Below, piece by piece: positions 1 to 10,466 of a stretch of 64,000 nucleotides of DNA. The notes under the pieces are model-generated. The model was not told where the DNA came from. It did not search any database and saw only the letters and a program-made list of their open reading frames with translations. Source of the DNA: an uncultured Candidatus Saccharibacteria bacterium (lineage in GTDB: Bacteria; Patescibacteriota; Minisyncoccia; Sungbacterales; HO2-52-23); the NCBI GenBank assembly GCA_964412615.1, contig CAYPPK010000001.1:54983-118982 (forward strand), written 5' to 3'. Each line of letters begins with the position of its first letter. Position 1 is the first letter of the stretch. A program made the translations under genes and the position numbers.

Positions 1-1
1 T

Positions 2-343
2 CCCGAACAAAAAGCCGAACTTAAAGAAAAAGGATTTTTCACTCATCCTACTCCCCAGCCCAATTCACGCCCATACATTCGTATTGCCCGTGAATTTATA
101 GCCGAGCGTGAATCGGTTGACCAAAAATCAATTCTGCAAAAAATTAAGGTTCCAGTGCTCATTATTCAGGGGGATAGGGATTCAGTAGTTCCATTGAAAG
201 AATCGCGGGAGGCCATGCAATATTTACCCGCGGGTTCACGCCTGGAAATAATTCCGGGCGCGGAGCATCGTTTTGGTGAATCTTTAGCGGCTGCAATCAA
301 GCTTACTGCGGGTTGGTTTAATGACCACCTGCGGGCAAGTTAA
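2..343 (+). CDS. alpha/beta hydrolase-fold protein, C-terminal part (gene starts upstream of window)
   Basis: Open frame runs from window edge to stop at 343; C-terminal motif VLIIQGDRDSVVP...GAEHRF typical of dienelactone hydrolase/peptidase S9-like alpha/beta hydrolases. Confidence 0.5.
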   Translation, partial: PEQKAELKEKGFFTHPTPQPNSRPYIRIAREFIAERESVDQKSILQKIKVPVLIIQGDRDSVVPLKESREAMQYLPAGSRLEIIPGAEHRFGESLAAAIKLTAGWFNDHLRAS

Positions 344-353
344 GTTATAGTGG

Positions 354-1436
354 GTGATGAGAATTTCTTCCGTTGACACTTACACACTCGCAGTTCCCTT
401 GCCGTACCCGATATCGCTTGAAGCCAAGGAGCATCGGCTAGTTGTTGCCGAAATAAAAACCGACGAAGGTGTCTCCGGACTTGGGTATACGCTTTGTTTC
501 GGCGGGATGGCGGCCGATGTCATCCGGCTGTATTTGGAAACGCGCCTTAAACCGCGGCTTTTAGGCGCGGACCCGGAGAATATCGGCGCGCTCTGGGAGA
601 AAATGTTTAGAGCCGACCAGAATGTGCGCAAAGTCGGCATTGGCGGATATGCTTTGAGCGTTCTGGATATTGCTCTTTGGGACTTGAACGGAAAAATTAA
701 AGGTCTTTCTCTCTACAAACTCTGGGGAGGAAAAAACAACAAGGTTCCGGCCTACGGCAGTGGCGGCTGGCCCAAGTATTCGGTAAAGGAAATTATTGAG
801 GAAGCGGAGCGTTACGGGGAAAAAGGATGCGAATTTTATAAATTTAAGCTCGGCAGCAAGGATTTTTCCGAGAACCGCCAGCGGCTTGAAGAAGTGGCAA
901 AAATTCTGGGAGGCAGGTTCAAGTTGATGGCAGATGTAAATCAGCGGTTTAGCGTTGAGGAAAATATTGAACAAGCGCGCCTGCTTGATGATTTCAATCT
1001 TTTTTGGTATGAGGAGCCGGTGTTGGCCGATGATTTCCCGGCCTGTGAGAAGGTTGCCAAAAACATTAAAATCCCGGTGGCTACCGGCGAAAATAATTAC
1101 ACCAGATACGAATTTAAGGAACTTATTGACAGAGAAGCTGCCAAATTCTTGATGCCCAATGTTACCCGAGCCAATGGTTTTAGCGAGGTTGCGAGAATAG
1201 CCCAAATGGCTGCCACCGCGGGCATTCAGATAACTCCTCATCTGGTGCATGAACTTTCCATACAACTTATGGGAGCGATACCCAACGGTTTTGCGGTGGA
1301 ATTTGTGGATTGGATTCCTGACGACCTTTTTGAAAATCAGCCAAGATGCGCGGACGGTCGCTTCACTATTCCGGAAACTCCCGGCCACGGATTGAAATTT
1401 ACCCCTACTGCCTTAGAAAAATATTCAGTAAGCTGA
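354..1436 (+). CDS. enolase-superfamily enzyme (mandelate racemase/muconate lactonizing enzyme family, sugar-acid dehydratase-like)
   Basis: 360 aa; KTDEGVSGLGYT N-terminal capping domain and ADVNQRF...EEP barrel metal-ligand motifs characteristic of MR/MLE family. Confidence 0.7.
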   Translation: MMRISSVDTYTLAVPLPYPISLEAKEHRLVVAEIKTDEGVSGLGYTLCFGGMAADVIRLYLETRLKPRLLGADPENIGALWEKMFRADQNVRKVGIGGYALSVLDIALWDLNGKIKGLSLYKLWGGKNNKVPAYGSGGWPKYSVKEIIEEAERYGEKGCEFYKFKLGSKDFSENRQRLEEVAKILGGRFKLMADVNQRFSVEENIEQARLLDDFNLFWYEEPVLADDFPACEKVAKNIKIPVATGENNYTRYEFKELIDREAAKFLMPNVTRANGFSEVARIAQMAATAGIQITPHLVHELSIQLMGAIPNGFAVEFVDWIPDDLFENQPRCADGRFTIPETPGHGLKFTPTALEKYSVS

Positions 1437-1440
1437 AACT

Positions 1441-2130
1441 ATGCGCATTTTGATTACCGGTTCGGAAGGATTAGTCGGAGGCATACTTTTTAAGGCGCTA
1501 GCAAAAGAGCATGAGCTTTTCGGTTTAGACGCGAAAACAGGAGAAGATATTGCCGAGTTTGATAAGGGTCTAGAGATTTTCCGCAAGTTAAAGCCGCTGG
1601 ATGCGGTTATGCATCTGGCCGCCGATTCCGGGGCCGAGGCGCCGTGGGGATCGGTATTGAAAAATAATATTATCGGTACGCGCAATGTCTATGAAGCCGC
1701 GAGGGTGACTGGCGTAAAAAGAATCGTTTTGGCGAGCTCTAACCGGGTTACCGAGGGCTATGAGAAAGAGGCGCCAAAAATTATTTTTACCGAAGGCCCG
1801 GTCCGTCCGGATAGCTACTACGGAGTAAGCAAGGTATTCGGCGAGGCGCTGGCCCGGATGTATTGGGAAGCGTACGGTCTGGAATCAATTTGCCTCCGTA
1901 TCGGCAGCGTTAGAGCCGATGACGATCCGCGGACAAGTCCGCGCTACGCCAAGACCTGGCTCTCTCATCGTGATTTGGTTCAGCTTTTTCAAAAAGCGCT
2001 GGTTGCCAAGGTTCCCTTTGGAATATATTATGGCGTATCCGCGAATAAAAGCCGATTTTGGGATATAGAAAACGCGAGGCGCGAACTGGGGTATGAGCCG
2101 CAAGATGACGCCGCTTCTTATAAGCATTAA
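1441..2130 (+). CDS. NAD-dependent epimerase/dehydratase family protein (short SDR-like)
   Basis: 229 aa; N-terminal ILITGSEGLVGG Rossmann motif, YxxxK-like YGVSK motif. Confidence 0.6.
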   Translation: MRILITGSEGLVGGILFKALAKEHELFGLDAKTGEDIAEFDKGLEIFRKLKPLDAVMHLAADSGAEAPWGSVLKNNIIGTRNVYEAARVTGVKRIVLASSNRVTEGYEKEAPKIIFTEGPVRPDSYYGVSKVFGEALARMYWEAYGLESICLRIGSVRADDDPRTSPRYAKTWLSHRDLVQLFQKALVAKVPFGIYYGVSANKSRFWDIENARRELGYEPQDDAASYKH

Positions 2131-2140
2131 CTAGCCAATA

Positions 2141-2857
2141 ATGAAAAATCCGCAAAAACGCGCCGTTGCTTATATGACCGCGGAGGAACGACGGGGCCGC
2201 AAGGAGGAGGTTAAAAAAATTATAGGTATGGCAGATAACGATACTCCTACCAATCTTGACCGGCTTTATGCCGACAGTCGCTTTCTTTCCGTTTTGGAAA
2301 AATATTTTAAGCCATCGGGGCCGACTTTGGATGCCGGAGCTGGCCAAGGGATTTTTTTAAGCATGCTTCATCGCCTAGGATTTACCGAAACTTACGGGGT
2401 GGATATTGACGATTATCTTACCCTCGCGCGGCCTACCAGAGAGTTCAAAATTGCCGATTTTAATTTTGACCGCCTGCCCTGGAGCAATAATTTTTTCCGC
2501 AATGTTGCCGCCATAGAAGTCATGGAACATCTGGAGAATCCGTATCACTTCCTGCGCGAAGTCGCGAGAGTCCTTGCACCCGAAGGAATTTTCATCCTGA
2601 CTACCCCTAATCCGGAGCATCTTTGGAACAAAATTTCATTTTTCCGCAAAGGCGAATTTTACCGGTTTCTCAAAGGCAATGACCATTTAACTCTTTTTGC
2701 CGATCCGGTACTCAAGAAGGGGGCTCTTGGTTATTTTAAATTAAGGGAAACCAAATATAGTTTTGGGACATTTCCTTACCGCCTGTTCCGCTTTTTTACG
2801 TATCCTGCCAACAAATATTTCGGACACTCCGTTATTTACGTGTTTCAGAAAAAATGA
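2141..2857 (+). CDS. class I SAM-dependent methyltransferase
   Basis: 238 aa; DAGAGQG motif I, VMEHLENP motif, typical Methyltransf_11/23 layout. Confidence 0.65.
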   Translation: MKNPQKRAVAYMTAEERRGRKEEVKKIIGMADNDTPTNLDRLYADSRFLSVLEKYFKPSGPTLDAGAGQGIFLSMLHRLGFTETYGVDIDDYLTLARPTREFKIADFNFDRLPWSNNFFRNVAAIEVMEHLENPYHFLREVARVLAPEGIFILTTPNPEHLWNKISFFRKGEFYRFLKGNDHLTLFADPVLKKGALGYFKLRETKYSFGTFPYRLFRFFTYPANKYFGHSVIYVFQKK

Positions 2858-4239
2858 CTATTTTTGTGACAATTGAAGATTCAGTTACGGCAAGAAACAT
2901 ATTTTCCACCCCGTTTTGGGAGTCATTTTTGGCAAATAATCGGAGGGAAAGAATAGTGGTGCTGACTCTTCCCGGAAATAAAGAGCGCTATACGAGGATG
3001 TTTGGAACTTCGGCCGGAAACGTTACCGTTGAGGCGCTAAATCCGCAATTCCATTCCCGCTTCGCGGGTTTGGTAACGTCGCTGCAGCGATCGGCGATTA
3101 ACTCCCACACCAATCTTTGGTCAAAAATGCGCGCCTATGAACGCGGCCAGACCGGCTTTATGGTTACGTTTCTCAAGCGGTTTCTTACCTGGATTTTAGG
3201 CGGTTTTCCCCCTTATAAACGTTTTTTGCGATATCTCTTGCTGAAGGCAAAACCCAGCCGAAGAGTAAGGGAAATTTTTAATAAATATAAGCCGGATTTG
3301 CTGCTTGCAAGTTATATCGCCAACTTTAATTTTGACGTTCCTTTGGTCTGCGAGGCCCAAAGAAGGGGAATAAAAACTGTGGGGATTACACGAGGATGGG
3401 ACACCTTGTCCAGTCACGGACTTCTTCGCGTGGTTCCGGACAAGCTAGTAGTGCAAAGCGGATTTCTTAAAAAAATGGCCCTGACTTATCAAGGGGTAAA
3501 AGAGGAAAAAATTACGGTTATGGGCAGCCCCTTTTATGATGTGATGTTCAAGAATCTTCCTTCTCTCTTGGAGGCGCGGGAAAAATTTTTCGCCAAACTC
3601 GGCCTTGATCCCCAAAAAAAGTTTATCCTTTACGGGGCCATGGGAGATTTTCTTTTTCCCTGCGAGGGATGGATTGCCGATGTCCTGGAAGAGTTGATTA
3701 CAAAAGGAGCGATTGCCTATCCGGCTCAAGCGATTTTCCGCCCCCATCCCAAATTTGAAAGCCCGGTGGAACGCCTGGGCAATTTCAAGCATATCCGGCC
3801 GGATCGGGACCTGAAACACTTTGAGAACAACCACGAACGCACGGATACGGAACTTGCGGATACGGGCCATCTGCTGAACCTTATTTACCACAGCGATGTG
3901 GTTGTTACCGGAGCATCCACCATTGCGCTGGACGCCGCGGTGTTCGGGAAGCCGGTGATTTGCGTAGGATTTGACCCCGGCGGATGCCGGCCGAAATACT
4001 GGCACTCGGTTAGGAGATTTTACGACCATTACACGCATTTTGAAGCGTTTATGGAAACCGGCGCGGCCCGCCTGGCCCGCACGCCGGAGGAACTTGCCAA
4101 GCACATCAACGCGTATTTGCCTAATCCCGCGCTGGACGAGGAAAAAAGAAAAGAGGCCGTCCGCCTTTTTGCCGAGCCGCTTGACGGAAAGGCAAGCGAG
4201 CGTCTGGAAAAAATTCTTTCTGAGGAAATTAGGGCATAA
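2854..4239 (+). CDS. putative TagF/capsule-biosynthesis-like glycosyl- or glycerophospho-transferase (paralog of 7827..9206)
   Basis: 461 aa; clear paralogy with ORF 7827..9206 (GI.TVG.T.GWD..SS..LRV.PD); C-terminal GT-B-like region; 4-bp overlap with upstream gene. Confidence 0.45.
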   Translation: MTIFVTIEDSVTARNIFSTPFWESFLANNRRERIVVLTLPGNKERYTRMFGTSAGNVTVEALNPQFHSRFAGLVTSLQRSAINSHTNLWSKMRAYERGQTGFMVTFLKRFLTWILGGFPPYKRFLRYLLLKAKPSRRVREIFNKYKPDLLLASYIANFNFDVPLVCEAQRRGIKTVGITRGWDTLSSHGLLRVVPDKLVVQSGFLKKMALTYQGVKEEKITVMGSPFYDVMFKNLPSLLEAREKFFAKLGLDPQKKFILYGAMGDFLFPCEGWIADVLEELITKGAIAYPAQAIFRPHPKFESPVERLGNFKHIRPDRDLKHFENNHERTDTELADTGHLLNLIYHSDVVVTGASTIALDAAVFGKPVICVGFDPGGCRPKYWHSVRRFYDHYTHFEAFMETGAARLARTPEELAKHINAYLPNPALDEEKRKEAVRLFAEPLDGKASERLEKILSEEIRA

Positions 4240-4309
4240 AAAATCACAAATTTATATTTTGTCAAACAAACCTTTCTTAAGTCAATCTTGTTCTAATATA
4301 TATACACGC

Positions 4310-4702
4310 ATGACGTTCATTATTACCAAAGAAAAAATAGAGGAAGCAGCATCCTCAATTCCCGAAGGGGTAAAGAAGTCGGTCTTGCTCTCTGGCTCCA
4401 AAGAAGGTCCCTACTCGGTGATGACCGTGGTAGTAGACAATGTCTTGCCAAAAGCCGAGGTGCACGAAAAGTCGGCCGATGTATGGCAGGTGCTTAAAGG
4501 AGAGGCTCTATTTATTATCAGCGGAGAGCTGGAAAATAAAACTCTGCATAAACCGAATGAATGGGTGGCCGACTCGATCCAGGGAGGACGTGAGTACTCC
4601 GTCAAGACCGGAGATGTGATTGATATTCCAGCGGGAGTCCCTCACCAAATTGACGCGAGGGGCCGAAGAGTTGAGCTCTTAATAGTAAAAATCAATAGCT
4701 AA
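4310..4702 (+). CDS. cupin-domain protein
   Basis: ORF-track entry 3971..4702 overlaps the preceding gene; internal ATG at 4310 gives a 130-aa protein with cupin beta-barrel motifs (G.V.DIPAGVPHQ). Confidence 0.5.
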   Translation: MTFIITKEKIEEAASSIPEGVKKSVLLSGSKEGPYSVMTVVVDNVLPKAEVHEKSADVWQVLKGEALFIISGELENKTLHKPNEWVADSIQGGREYSVKTGDVIDIPAGVPHQIDARGRRVELLIVKINS

Positions 4703-5421
4703 TGATTAAAAACTATAAAATACTCGCTTTAATTCCCGCCCGGGGAGGATCCAAACGCGTACCCAGAAAAAATATTAAAGAACTTGGCGGTAAGCCGTTG
4801 CTCGCTTATACCATTGAGCAGGGCAAAGCGTCCAAATACATTGACCGTTTGATTGTTTCCACCGATGACGAAGAGATTGTCAAAGTTGCCAAAGAGTACG
4901 GCGCGGAGGTTCCGTTTACTCGGCCAGCAGAACTTGCCGGGGATGCCGTTACTGATTTTCCGGTGTTCGTGCACACTCTTGAATGGCTCCGCGACCATGA
5001 ACAGTACCGGCCGGATATTGTAGTCCAATTGCGCCCCACTCATCCGCTGCGAAAACCGGAAGACATTGACCGAGCAATTGAGCTTTTGGCCGAACATCCG
5101 GAGGCGGATTCGGTGCGAACCATAAAGGAGCCGGATCAGACACCGTATAAAATGTATAAAATTGGCGATGGGGAATTTCTTGAACCGCTGCTTCCCATTC
5201 CCGGCGTCCCGGAATCGTTCAATCTGCCCCGTCAGAAACTTCCCAAGGCCTATGAGCATGTTGGAGTAGCAGATGTGATGTGGCATCGCACGCTCATGGA
5301 GAAAAAGCAAATGACAGGAGCAAAAATAATTCCCCTTGTTCTTGAGGATTATCCTTATAGCGGCATAAACACCCTGGAGGACTGGGAAAAATATGAGTAT
5401 TGGATCGGCAAGAAACGATGA
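4702..5421 (+). CDS. N-acylneuraminate (CMP-nonulosonate/CMP-KDO type) cytidylyltransferase family protein
   Basis: 239 aa; N-terminal ILALIPARGGSKRVPRKN motif diagnostic of CTP_transf_3 family. Confidence 0.7.
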   Translation: MIKNYKILALIPARGGSKRVPRKNIKELGGKPLLAYTIEQGKASKYIDRLIVSTDDEEIVKVAKEYGAEVPFTRPAELAGDAVTDFPVFVHTLEWLRDHEQYRPDIVVQLRPTHPLRKPEDIDRAIELLAEHPEADSVRTIKEPDQTPYKMYKIGDGEFLEPLLPIPGVPESFNLPRQKLPKAYEHVGVADVMWHRTLMEKKQMTGAKIIPLVLEDYPYSGINTLEDWEKYEYWIGKKR

Positions 5422-6032
5422 TAATTTATTTGGTAAGACACGGAAAATCAGAATCGCGGAACGGCTTGGGGGACACGGAGGCCGCTGATAAAATACCCTT
5501 GTCCAAGTTTGGCATAATGCAGGCCAGGGCTCTCGGCCGCAAACTTAAGAAAAGAAAGATAGAGGCGGTTTACTCCAGTTCCATTTCGCGCGCCAGAGAA
5601 ACAGCCGAAATTATTTCCGCCGCTTGCGGCGTTAAAGTCCGGGAGGATTCCCGGCTTAACGAGCTAGTCATCTCCAGGACAATTTCAGATAAAGCTTCGC
5701 GCCGGCCGCTGCGTGCGCGGACTTTTCAGGAAAGGAATTTTATCCCTCCTTACGGCGAATCATTCAATCAATCCGTGGCGCGCTTTCTTGCTGCTCTGCA
5801 GGACATCGGGCGGTCCAGCCTAAATTCGGCCTGCTTAGTTTCGCATCGTGAGATTATGCAAAATGTACTGATGGATTTATTTTCTTTTGCCTCACCCCCT
5901 CCTATTCATGAGACGAGCGTTACCACGATTGTTTTCAACGGCGGTAAGTTTGAACTTATTTCTGTCAATGAACGCACTTGGTCGCCGGAAATACTCTGGC
6001 AAAAGCTAAGGGATAAATTATTTAAGTCGTAA
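5418..6032 (+). CDS. histidine phosphatase family protein (phosphoglycerate mutase-like)
   Basis: Start taken at internal ATG 5418 (4-bp overlap); LVRHGKS catalytic RHG motif. Confidence 0.6.
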   Translation: MIIYLVRHGKSESRNGLGDTEAADKIPLSKFGIMQARALGRKLKKRKIEAVYSSSISRARETAEIISAACGVKVREDSRLNELVISRTISDKASRRPLRARTFQERNFIPPYGESFNQSVARFLAALQDIGRSSLNSACLVSHREIMQNVLMDLFSFASPPPIHETSVTTIVFNGGKFELISVNERTWSPEILWQKLRDKLFKS

Positions 6033-6036
6033 GAAG

Positions 6037-7830
6037 ATGGATATTAAAGCCACAAAAACAATTCTGCTTCTCTGGAGAGCTTTCCGGGAATACCGCTACC
6101 GGATTGTTTTTTTTGTGATTTTAGGATTTTTGGCAAGTATCTTGGCTGGAGTCGGCGTTACGGTCGTTATTCCTCTTTTTGCCCTGCTGGTCGGCAACCA
6201 GGGCGGGGAAGCGGGCGACATTACCAGGTACTTTTTGCAAATTTTCAATATTCTACCTTTTGCTCTTACGCCTCGGATCCTGATCTTGGGAATTGTGTCC
6301 TTGTTTGTTTCGCGGGCGGCAATTTTATATCTATTCAGCTATGTTCGTTCCCAGGCAAGATTTGATTATCAAAACAAAGCCATGTCGGAAACTTTTTCCG
6401 GGCTGCTGGAAGCGCGCTGGCCGTATTTGCTCAAGCAGAAGCTGGGGCATGTGCAGATGGCTTTGGGCCGCGATATCCAGCAAAGCTCAACTCTCTTGGA
6501 AAATTCCGCGGAAATTCTTTTTTCTTCCGCGAGCATCATAACTTTTCTGGCCTTTGCCATGACTATTTCTCCGCAAATTACTCTTTACACAGCGGCGGCA
6601 GGGGCTCTTCTACTCGGGGGGCTTCGGCCATTGGTGGTGGCCACTAAGAGAAATGCCCGGCTTTCTACTTTTCAGGAAAGACAAGTAGCCCACTTTGTTG
6701 CCGAAAGCACCCTGGGCTTAAAAACCGTTAAAACACTTGGTGCTGAAACAGCGCTATTCAAGAAAGGCGGGGAATTTTTTAAGGTTTTGCGGGATTTGAA
6801 CTTGAAAAGGGCTCTTACCGTCTCTTTATCCAGAATATCCGGAGAGCCGGTCAGCGTTGTTTTTATTTCTGCCATCTTCCTGCTTTCTTATCGCAGCGGA
6901 GGATTTGATTTTGCGGTTTTTGCGGCGGCGATTTATCTGATCCAGCGCATTTTCGTGAATCTGCAGGCCGCCCACGATGTGTTCCAGGCCATGAATGAGC
7001 GTCTTCCCCATCTGGAGAATTTTTTGAAATTCAAGGAAACGCTTGAGGAAGAACGGGAAGAGAACAAAAAAGAAGGATTATCGTTCGGTTTCTCGCGAGA
7101 GATTATCTTCAAAGACGTTTCTTTTGCTTATGAGGAGAGAACGCCGGTTTTGCAAGGAATGGGTATGGTTCTAAAAAAAGGAGAGATGCTTGCCCTCATC
7201 GGTCCTTCCGGGGCGGGCAAGACCTCGGTTGCTGATTTGCTGCTGCGGCTATTCAAACCCGGCAACGGCGCAATTTTTTGTGACGGAACTGAAGCAGAGC
7301 GTTTTGACTTAGGCGGCTGGCGCCGGTCTTTGGGGTATGTGTCGCAAGATCTCTTTTTGTTCAATGATTCAATCCAAAATAATATTAGATTTTACAATCC
7401 GGAGGTGAGCGACAGCGAGATTATTGAAGCAGCCAAGCAGGCGAATTCGTTTGAATTTATATCCAAACTGCCGGAAGGATTTCAAACCGTGATCGGTGAG
7501 CGGGGAGTCATGCTTAGCGCCGGTCAGCGTCAGCGAGTGGTTCTGGCGCGCGTGCTTGCCCGTCGCCCCCAGATTCTTATACTGGATGAAGCAACAAGCG
7601 CTCTGGATGCCGAGTCCGAGGCCTTGGTTCAGAAATCCATCCAGGCCCTTCGCGGCTCCATTACCGTTTTTGTCATCGCGCATCGGCTATCCACGGTGGT
7701 TGATGCCGATCGGGTGCTGGTACTTGATCAAGGAAAAATAATTGAAGAAGGGGATCCGCAAAAACTTCTTGCTGATAATAATTCATATTTTCACAGAATG
7801 TACTATCTGAAGGAAGAACAGAAAAAATGA
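6037..7830 (+). CDS. ABC transporter, fused permease/ATP-binding exporter (MsbA-like)
   Basis: 597 aa; 6 N-terminal TM helices; Walker A GPSGAGKT, signature LSAGQRQR, Walker B ILILDEATSALD. Confidence 0.8.
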   Translation: MDIKATKTILLLWRAFREYRYRIVFFVILGFLASILAGVGVTVVIPLFALLVGNQGGEAGDITRYFLQIFNILPFALTPRILILGIVSLFVSRAAILYLFSYVRSQARFDYQNKAMSETFSGLLEARWPYLLKQKLGHVQMALGRDIQQSSTLLENSAEILFSSASIITFLAFAMTISPQITLYTAAAGALLLGGLRPLVVATKRNARLSTFQERQVAHFVAESTLGLKTVKTLGAETALFKKGGEFFKVLRDLNLKRALTVSLSRISGEPVSVVFISAIFLLSYRSGGFDFAVFAAAIYLIQRIFVNLQAAHDVFQAMNERLPHLENFLKFKETLEEEREENKKEGLSFGFSREIIFKDVSFAYEERTPVLQGMGMVLKKGEMLALIGPSGAGKTSVADLLLRLFKPGNGAIFCDGTEAERFDLGGWRRSLGYVSQDLFLFNDSIQNNIRFYNPEVSDSEIIEAAKQANSFEFISKLPEGFQTVIGERGVMLSAGQRQRVVLARVLARRPQILILDEATSALDAESEALVQKSIQALRGSITVFVIAHRLSTVVDADRVLVLDQGKIIEEGDPQKLLADNNSYFHRMYYLKEEQKK

Positions 7831-9206
7831 CGCCTACGGAAATGAAAACAATATTTATTACCGTTTCCTCCGGTGCGGAAATTAAGAATTTCATGCTGGG
7901 TGATTTTTATAAATTGGCTAAAAATAGCGATGATATTCGCTTGGTGGTCTTCGTACCTGCGGAAAAAATTATCCGGTATAAGCAGGAATTTAACCACGAG
8001 CGCTGTATAGTGGAGCCGATGCCTGACTTTGGCGGCGGCAAAGCCAAGCAGTTATTTCAGGTCCTGACTCTAGCCAGTATTCCCACGGCAACCATCCGCT
8101 CCCGCCAAAGGTTTACTTATCTGAGCGGAGGATCGCTTTTGGCGTTTTGGGGCAAGCGGTTGATCTGGCTCCTGGGCCATCGGAAAATTTTTCGCGCCCT
8201 CCTGCGTGCCGTTGATTATCATCTCTTTCGCGAAGACCGCGTCTGGGAGGCGTACTTTATCCGCTATAATCCCGATGTTGTATTTGCTCCGGCCTTAAAG
8301 TTTGAGGAATCAATGGCGCTTATGAAGGCCGCTAAGCGTCAGGGAATTCCATGCGTGGGTATGACCGGAGGATGGGATAACATATCCTCCAAACTTTTTT
8401 TGCGCGTGCACCCGGACCTTATGCTCGTGCAAAATCCGACTATGCTCCGTGAACTTATGGAGCTCAACGATTATCCGGCAAAAAAAATACGGGTGGTTGG
8501 CTTTCCGCAATGGGACCACTATAAAGACCCGGCCTGGGAAATGAGCAAAGCCGAGGTAGCAAAAATCATCGGTGTGAATCCGGAAAAGCGCTGGATTACC
8601 TATTTTACCGGCGGGCTACTAATCGGGGGCTTAACCATGGAGGACTTGAGAGACCAAGCCGATATCTTAACCAAAGCTATAGAGTCGGGTGAGATCCAAA
8701 ACGCTCAGCTCCTGGTCCGCATACATCCTCTGGACAAAGTAACCTTGGAGGCAAAGAATCCCAGCAGCAAAGTTCTTGATTTTGGCAAAGGATTTAATTT
8801 CAGCACGGACGACATAAAGCTGCTGGCCAATCTGGTTCGCTTGAGCGAGGTGACTATCAATTTCGGCTCCACCATGACTTTGGAGGCGGCAATTTTTGAT
8901 CGGCCGGTTATTTCCATCGGCTTTAATGGATATAACGATAAAAAAATTCCTGTTTTTAAACGGCTTTCCTACGCCCTTGATAACGCTACGCATTATTTTC
9001 CCATTGAAAAAAGCGGGGGAGTGTGGCGCGCCAAAAATCCCCGGGATTTCGTGGAAGCGGTAAAAAATTATCTCCAAAATCCCCAATTGCATCACGAAGG
9101 GCGGTTAGCCATTATGCGAGACTTGGTAGGGCCGCAGGACGGCAATTCCAGCCGGAGGGTTCTGGAAGAAATTGTTGGCTTGATAAAACCAATGACCCCG
9201 AAATGA
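7827..9206 (+). CDS. putative TagF/capsule-biosynthesis-like transferase (paralog of 2854..4239)
   Basis: 459 aa; paralogous to 2854..4239 over the full length; ATGA overlap with upstream ABC gene. Confidence 0.45.
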   Translation: MTPTEMKTIFITVSSGAEIKNFMLGDFYKLAKNSDDIRLVVFVPAEKIIRYKQEFNHERCIVEPMPDFGGGKAKQLFQVLTLASIPTATIRSRQRFTYLSGGSLLAFWGKRLIWLLGHRKIFRALLRAVDYHLFREDRVWEAYFIRYNPDVVFAPALKFEESMALMKAAKRQGIPCVGMTGGWDNISSKLFLRVHPDLMLVQNPTMLRELMELNDYPAKKIRVVGFPQWDHYKDPAWEMSKAEVAKIIGVNPEKRWITYFTGGLLIGGLTMEDLRDQADILTKAIESGEIQNAQLLVRIHPLDKVTLEAKNPSSKVLDFGKGFNFSTDDIKLLANLVRLSEVTINFGSTMTLEAAIFDRPVISIGFNGYNDKKIPVFKRLSYALDNATHYFPIEKSGGVWRAKNPRDFVEAVKNYLQNPQLHHEGRLAIMRDLVGPQDGNSSRRVLEEIVGLIKPMTPK

Positions 9207-10450
9207 AAATTTTATACATAAATAATTTTTTGAAGGGGCATAACGTCAAGCCTCTGACCGGAGGCAGAAATAAAATGGCTTTTCTCCTGATGCAGTATTT
9301 TGCCGGCGTCAAGACGTATAAGCCGGAGAAAGGTTTAGCCGGATACGAAAGCCATGAAGTTTTTATTTTCCCGTGGGGGGAGAGGGTAATGGAAGTGCTA
9401 AATTTTAGTCTGGGAGACGGACTTGTTGCAACCGTGTTGCCGACAGTTCCACCCTTTTCTTTCCGGAGGTTAATCAAGGCCATACCGAGATTAATCGCGG
9501 GCCGGGGACTGTCGCTTCGCCCTTATAAACGGGTATGGGAGTGGGCTAAGAGTGTTGTTTTTGACCAAGGGGCTGCTTTATCCTTGGCCATTGAAAAGAT
9601 AAAACCGGATATCGTCCACTCCCATCTCACCGCGTCTGACCTTCCTTTTGTCTACCGCAAATTAGGGATCAAAAGGCCTTTTATACTTACGCATCATGCG
9701 CCCGGGGAAGGAAGCGGTTTGGAGTTGTATGACTATGTGATATTTCCTTCGGAATTTCAGCGCCGGGAAATTTTACGAAAATATCCTTCTTTGGCCGGTA
9801 AATCCAAGACAATATACAACTACCTGGATAACGGATTTTGCGCCTGCCCGGGAGAAGGCAAGGACATTGTTTTTATTGGCAATCTGGGGAATAACCGTAA
9901 GGGCCTGGATATTGTGCTTAAGGCCTATACGCAAGACCCGTTTCTCAACCGCTGGAAATTTGTAGTGATAGGAGACGGTACAATGAGAGCCGAATACGAA
10001 AATTTTGCGAAAGAAAAAGAGCTTAACATTCATTTTGTCGGCAGATTGTCCGCAGCGGGCAACGCCGAAACAATGCAAAAAGCGGCCCTTTTTGTTATGC
10101 CCTCCCGGGCCGAGGGTTTTGCCATAGTATATCAGGAAGCCATCTGCTCCGGTCTTCCCGTCATAGGATATCCGCCGAATGTCAGTGAGCTTAGCGAGAT
10201 TTTGAAAATGCCGGTTGGTTTGCCTTTTGACGCCTCACGCGACAGTCCGAAAAAATTGGCGGAACTTATTAAAACAATGATGACTCCCGAGAGCGGATTT
10301 GGCCTGGAAATAAGGCAAGAAATAGCCCGGCGAGCGAGGAAGATTTTTTCTCTGGAAGGGTTCGGGTCGGAGCATGTTAATCTTTACCAAGCAGTAAGAG
10401 CCGAAGTCCTTAGAAAAGAGCATTTAAGCACGGTTCTGATTCAGGATTAA
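9203..10450 (+). CDS. glycosyltransferase family 4 (GT-B, Glycos_transf_1)
   Basis: Start at internal ATG 9203 (ATGA overlap with preceding stop); C-terminal E..G.PVI motif of GT1/GT4 retaining transferases. Confidence 0.7.
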   Translation: MKILYINNFLKGHNVKPLTGGRNKMAFLLMQYFAGVKTYKPEKGLAGYESHEVFIFPWGERVMEVLNFSLGDGLVATVLPTVPPFSFRRLIKAIPRLIAGRGLSLRPYKRVWEWAKSVVFDQGAALSLAIEKIKPDIVHSHLTASDLPFVYRKLGIKRPFILTHHAPGEGSGLELYDYVIFPSEFQRREILRKYPSLAGKSKTIYNYLDNGFCACPGEGKDIVFIGNLGNNRKGLDIVLKAYTQDPFLNRWKFVVIGDGTMRAEYENFAKEKELNIHFVGRLSAAGNAETMQKAALFVMPSRAEGFAIVYQEAICSGLPVIGYPPNVSELSEILKMPVGLPFDASRDSPKKLAELIKTMMTPESGFGLEIRQEIARRARKIFSLEGFGSEHVNLYQAVRAEVLRKEHLSTVLIQD

Positions 10451-10466
10451 TTTTAAAGCAAAAATT

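Noticed and set aside
561-1388. Antisense and shadow ORFs (e.g. 561..1388-, 3445..4104-, 15653..16147-, 16848..17597-, 18780..19472-, 33937..34401-, 39885..40502-, 45340..46059-, 52770..53054-)
   Set aside because: All lie entirely within well-supported genes on the opposite strand. Their translations are low-complexity with no motifs. They are typical shadow ORFs of moderately GC-rich coding sequence.
3971-4702. Long ORF-track version of the cupin gene starting at 3971
   Set aside because: Its first 113 codons overlap the 3' end of the preceding 461-aa gene in another frame and have low-complexity Arg/Pro-rich translation. The internal ATG at 4310 gives a sensible cupin protein.
9023-10450. 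Long ORF-track version of the GT4 gene starting at 9023
   Set aside because: The N-terminal 60 codons overlap the upstream gene. ATG 9203 forms a typical ATGA stop/start overlap and gives a canonical GT4 N-terminus (MKILYINNF).
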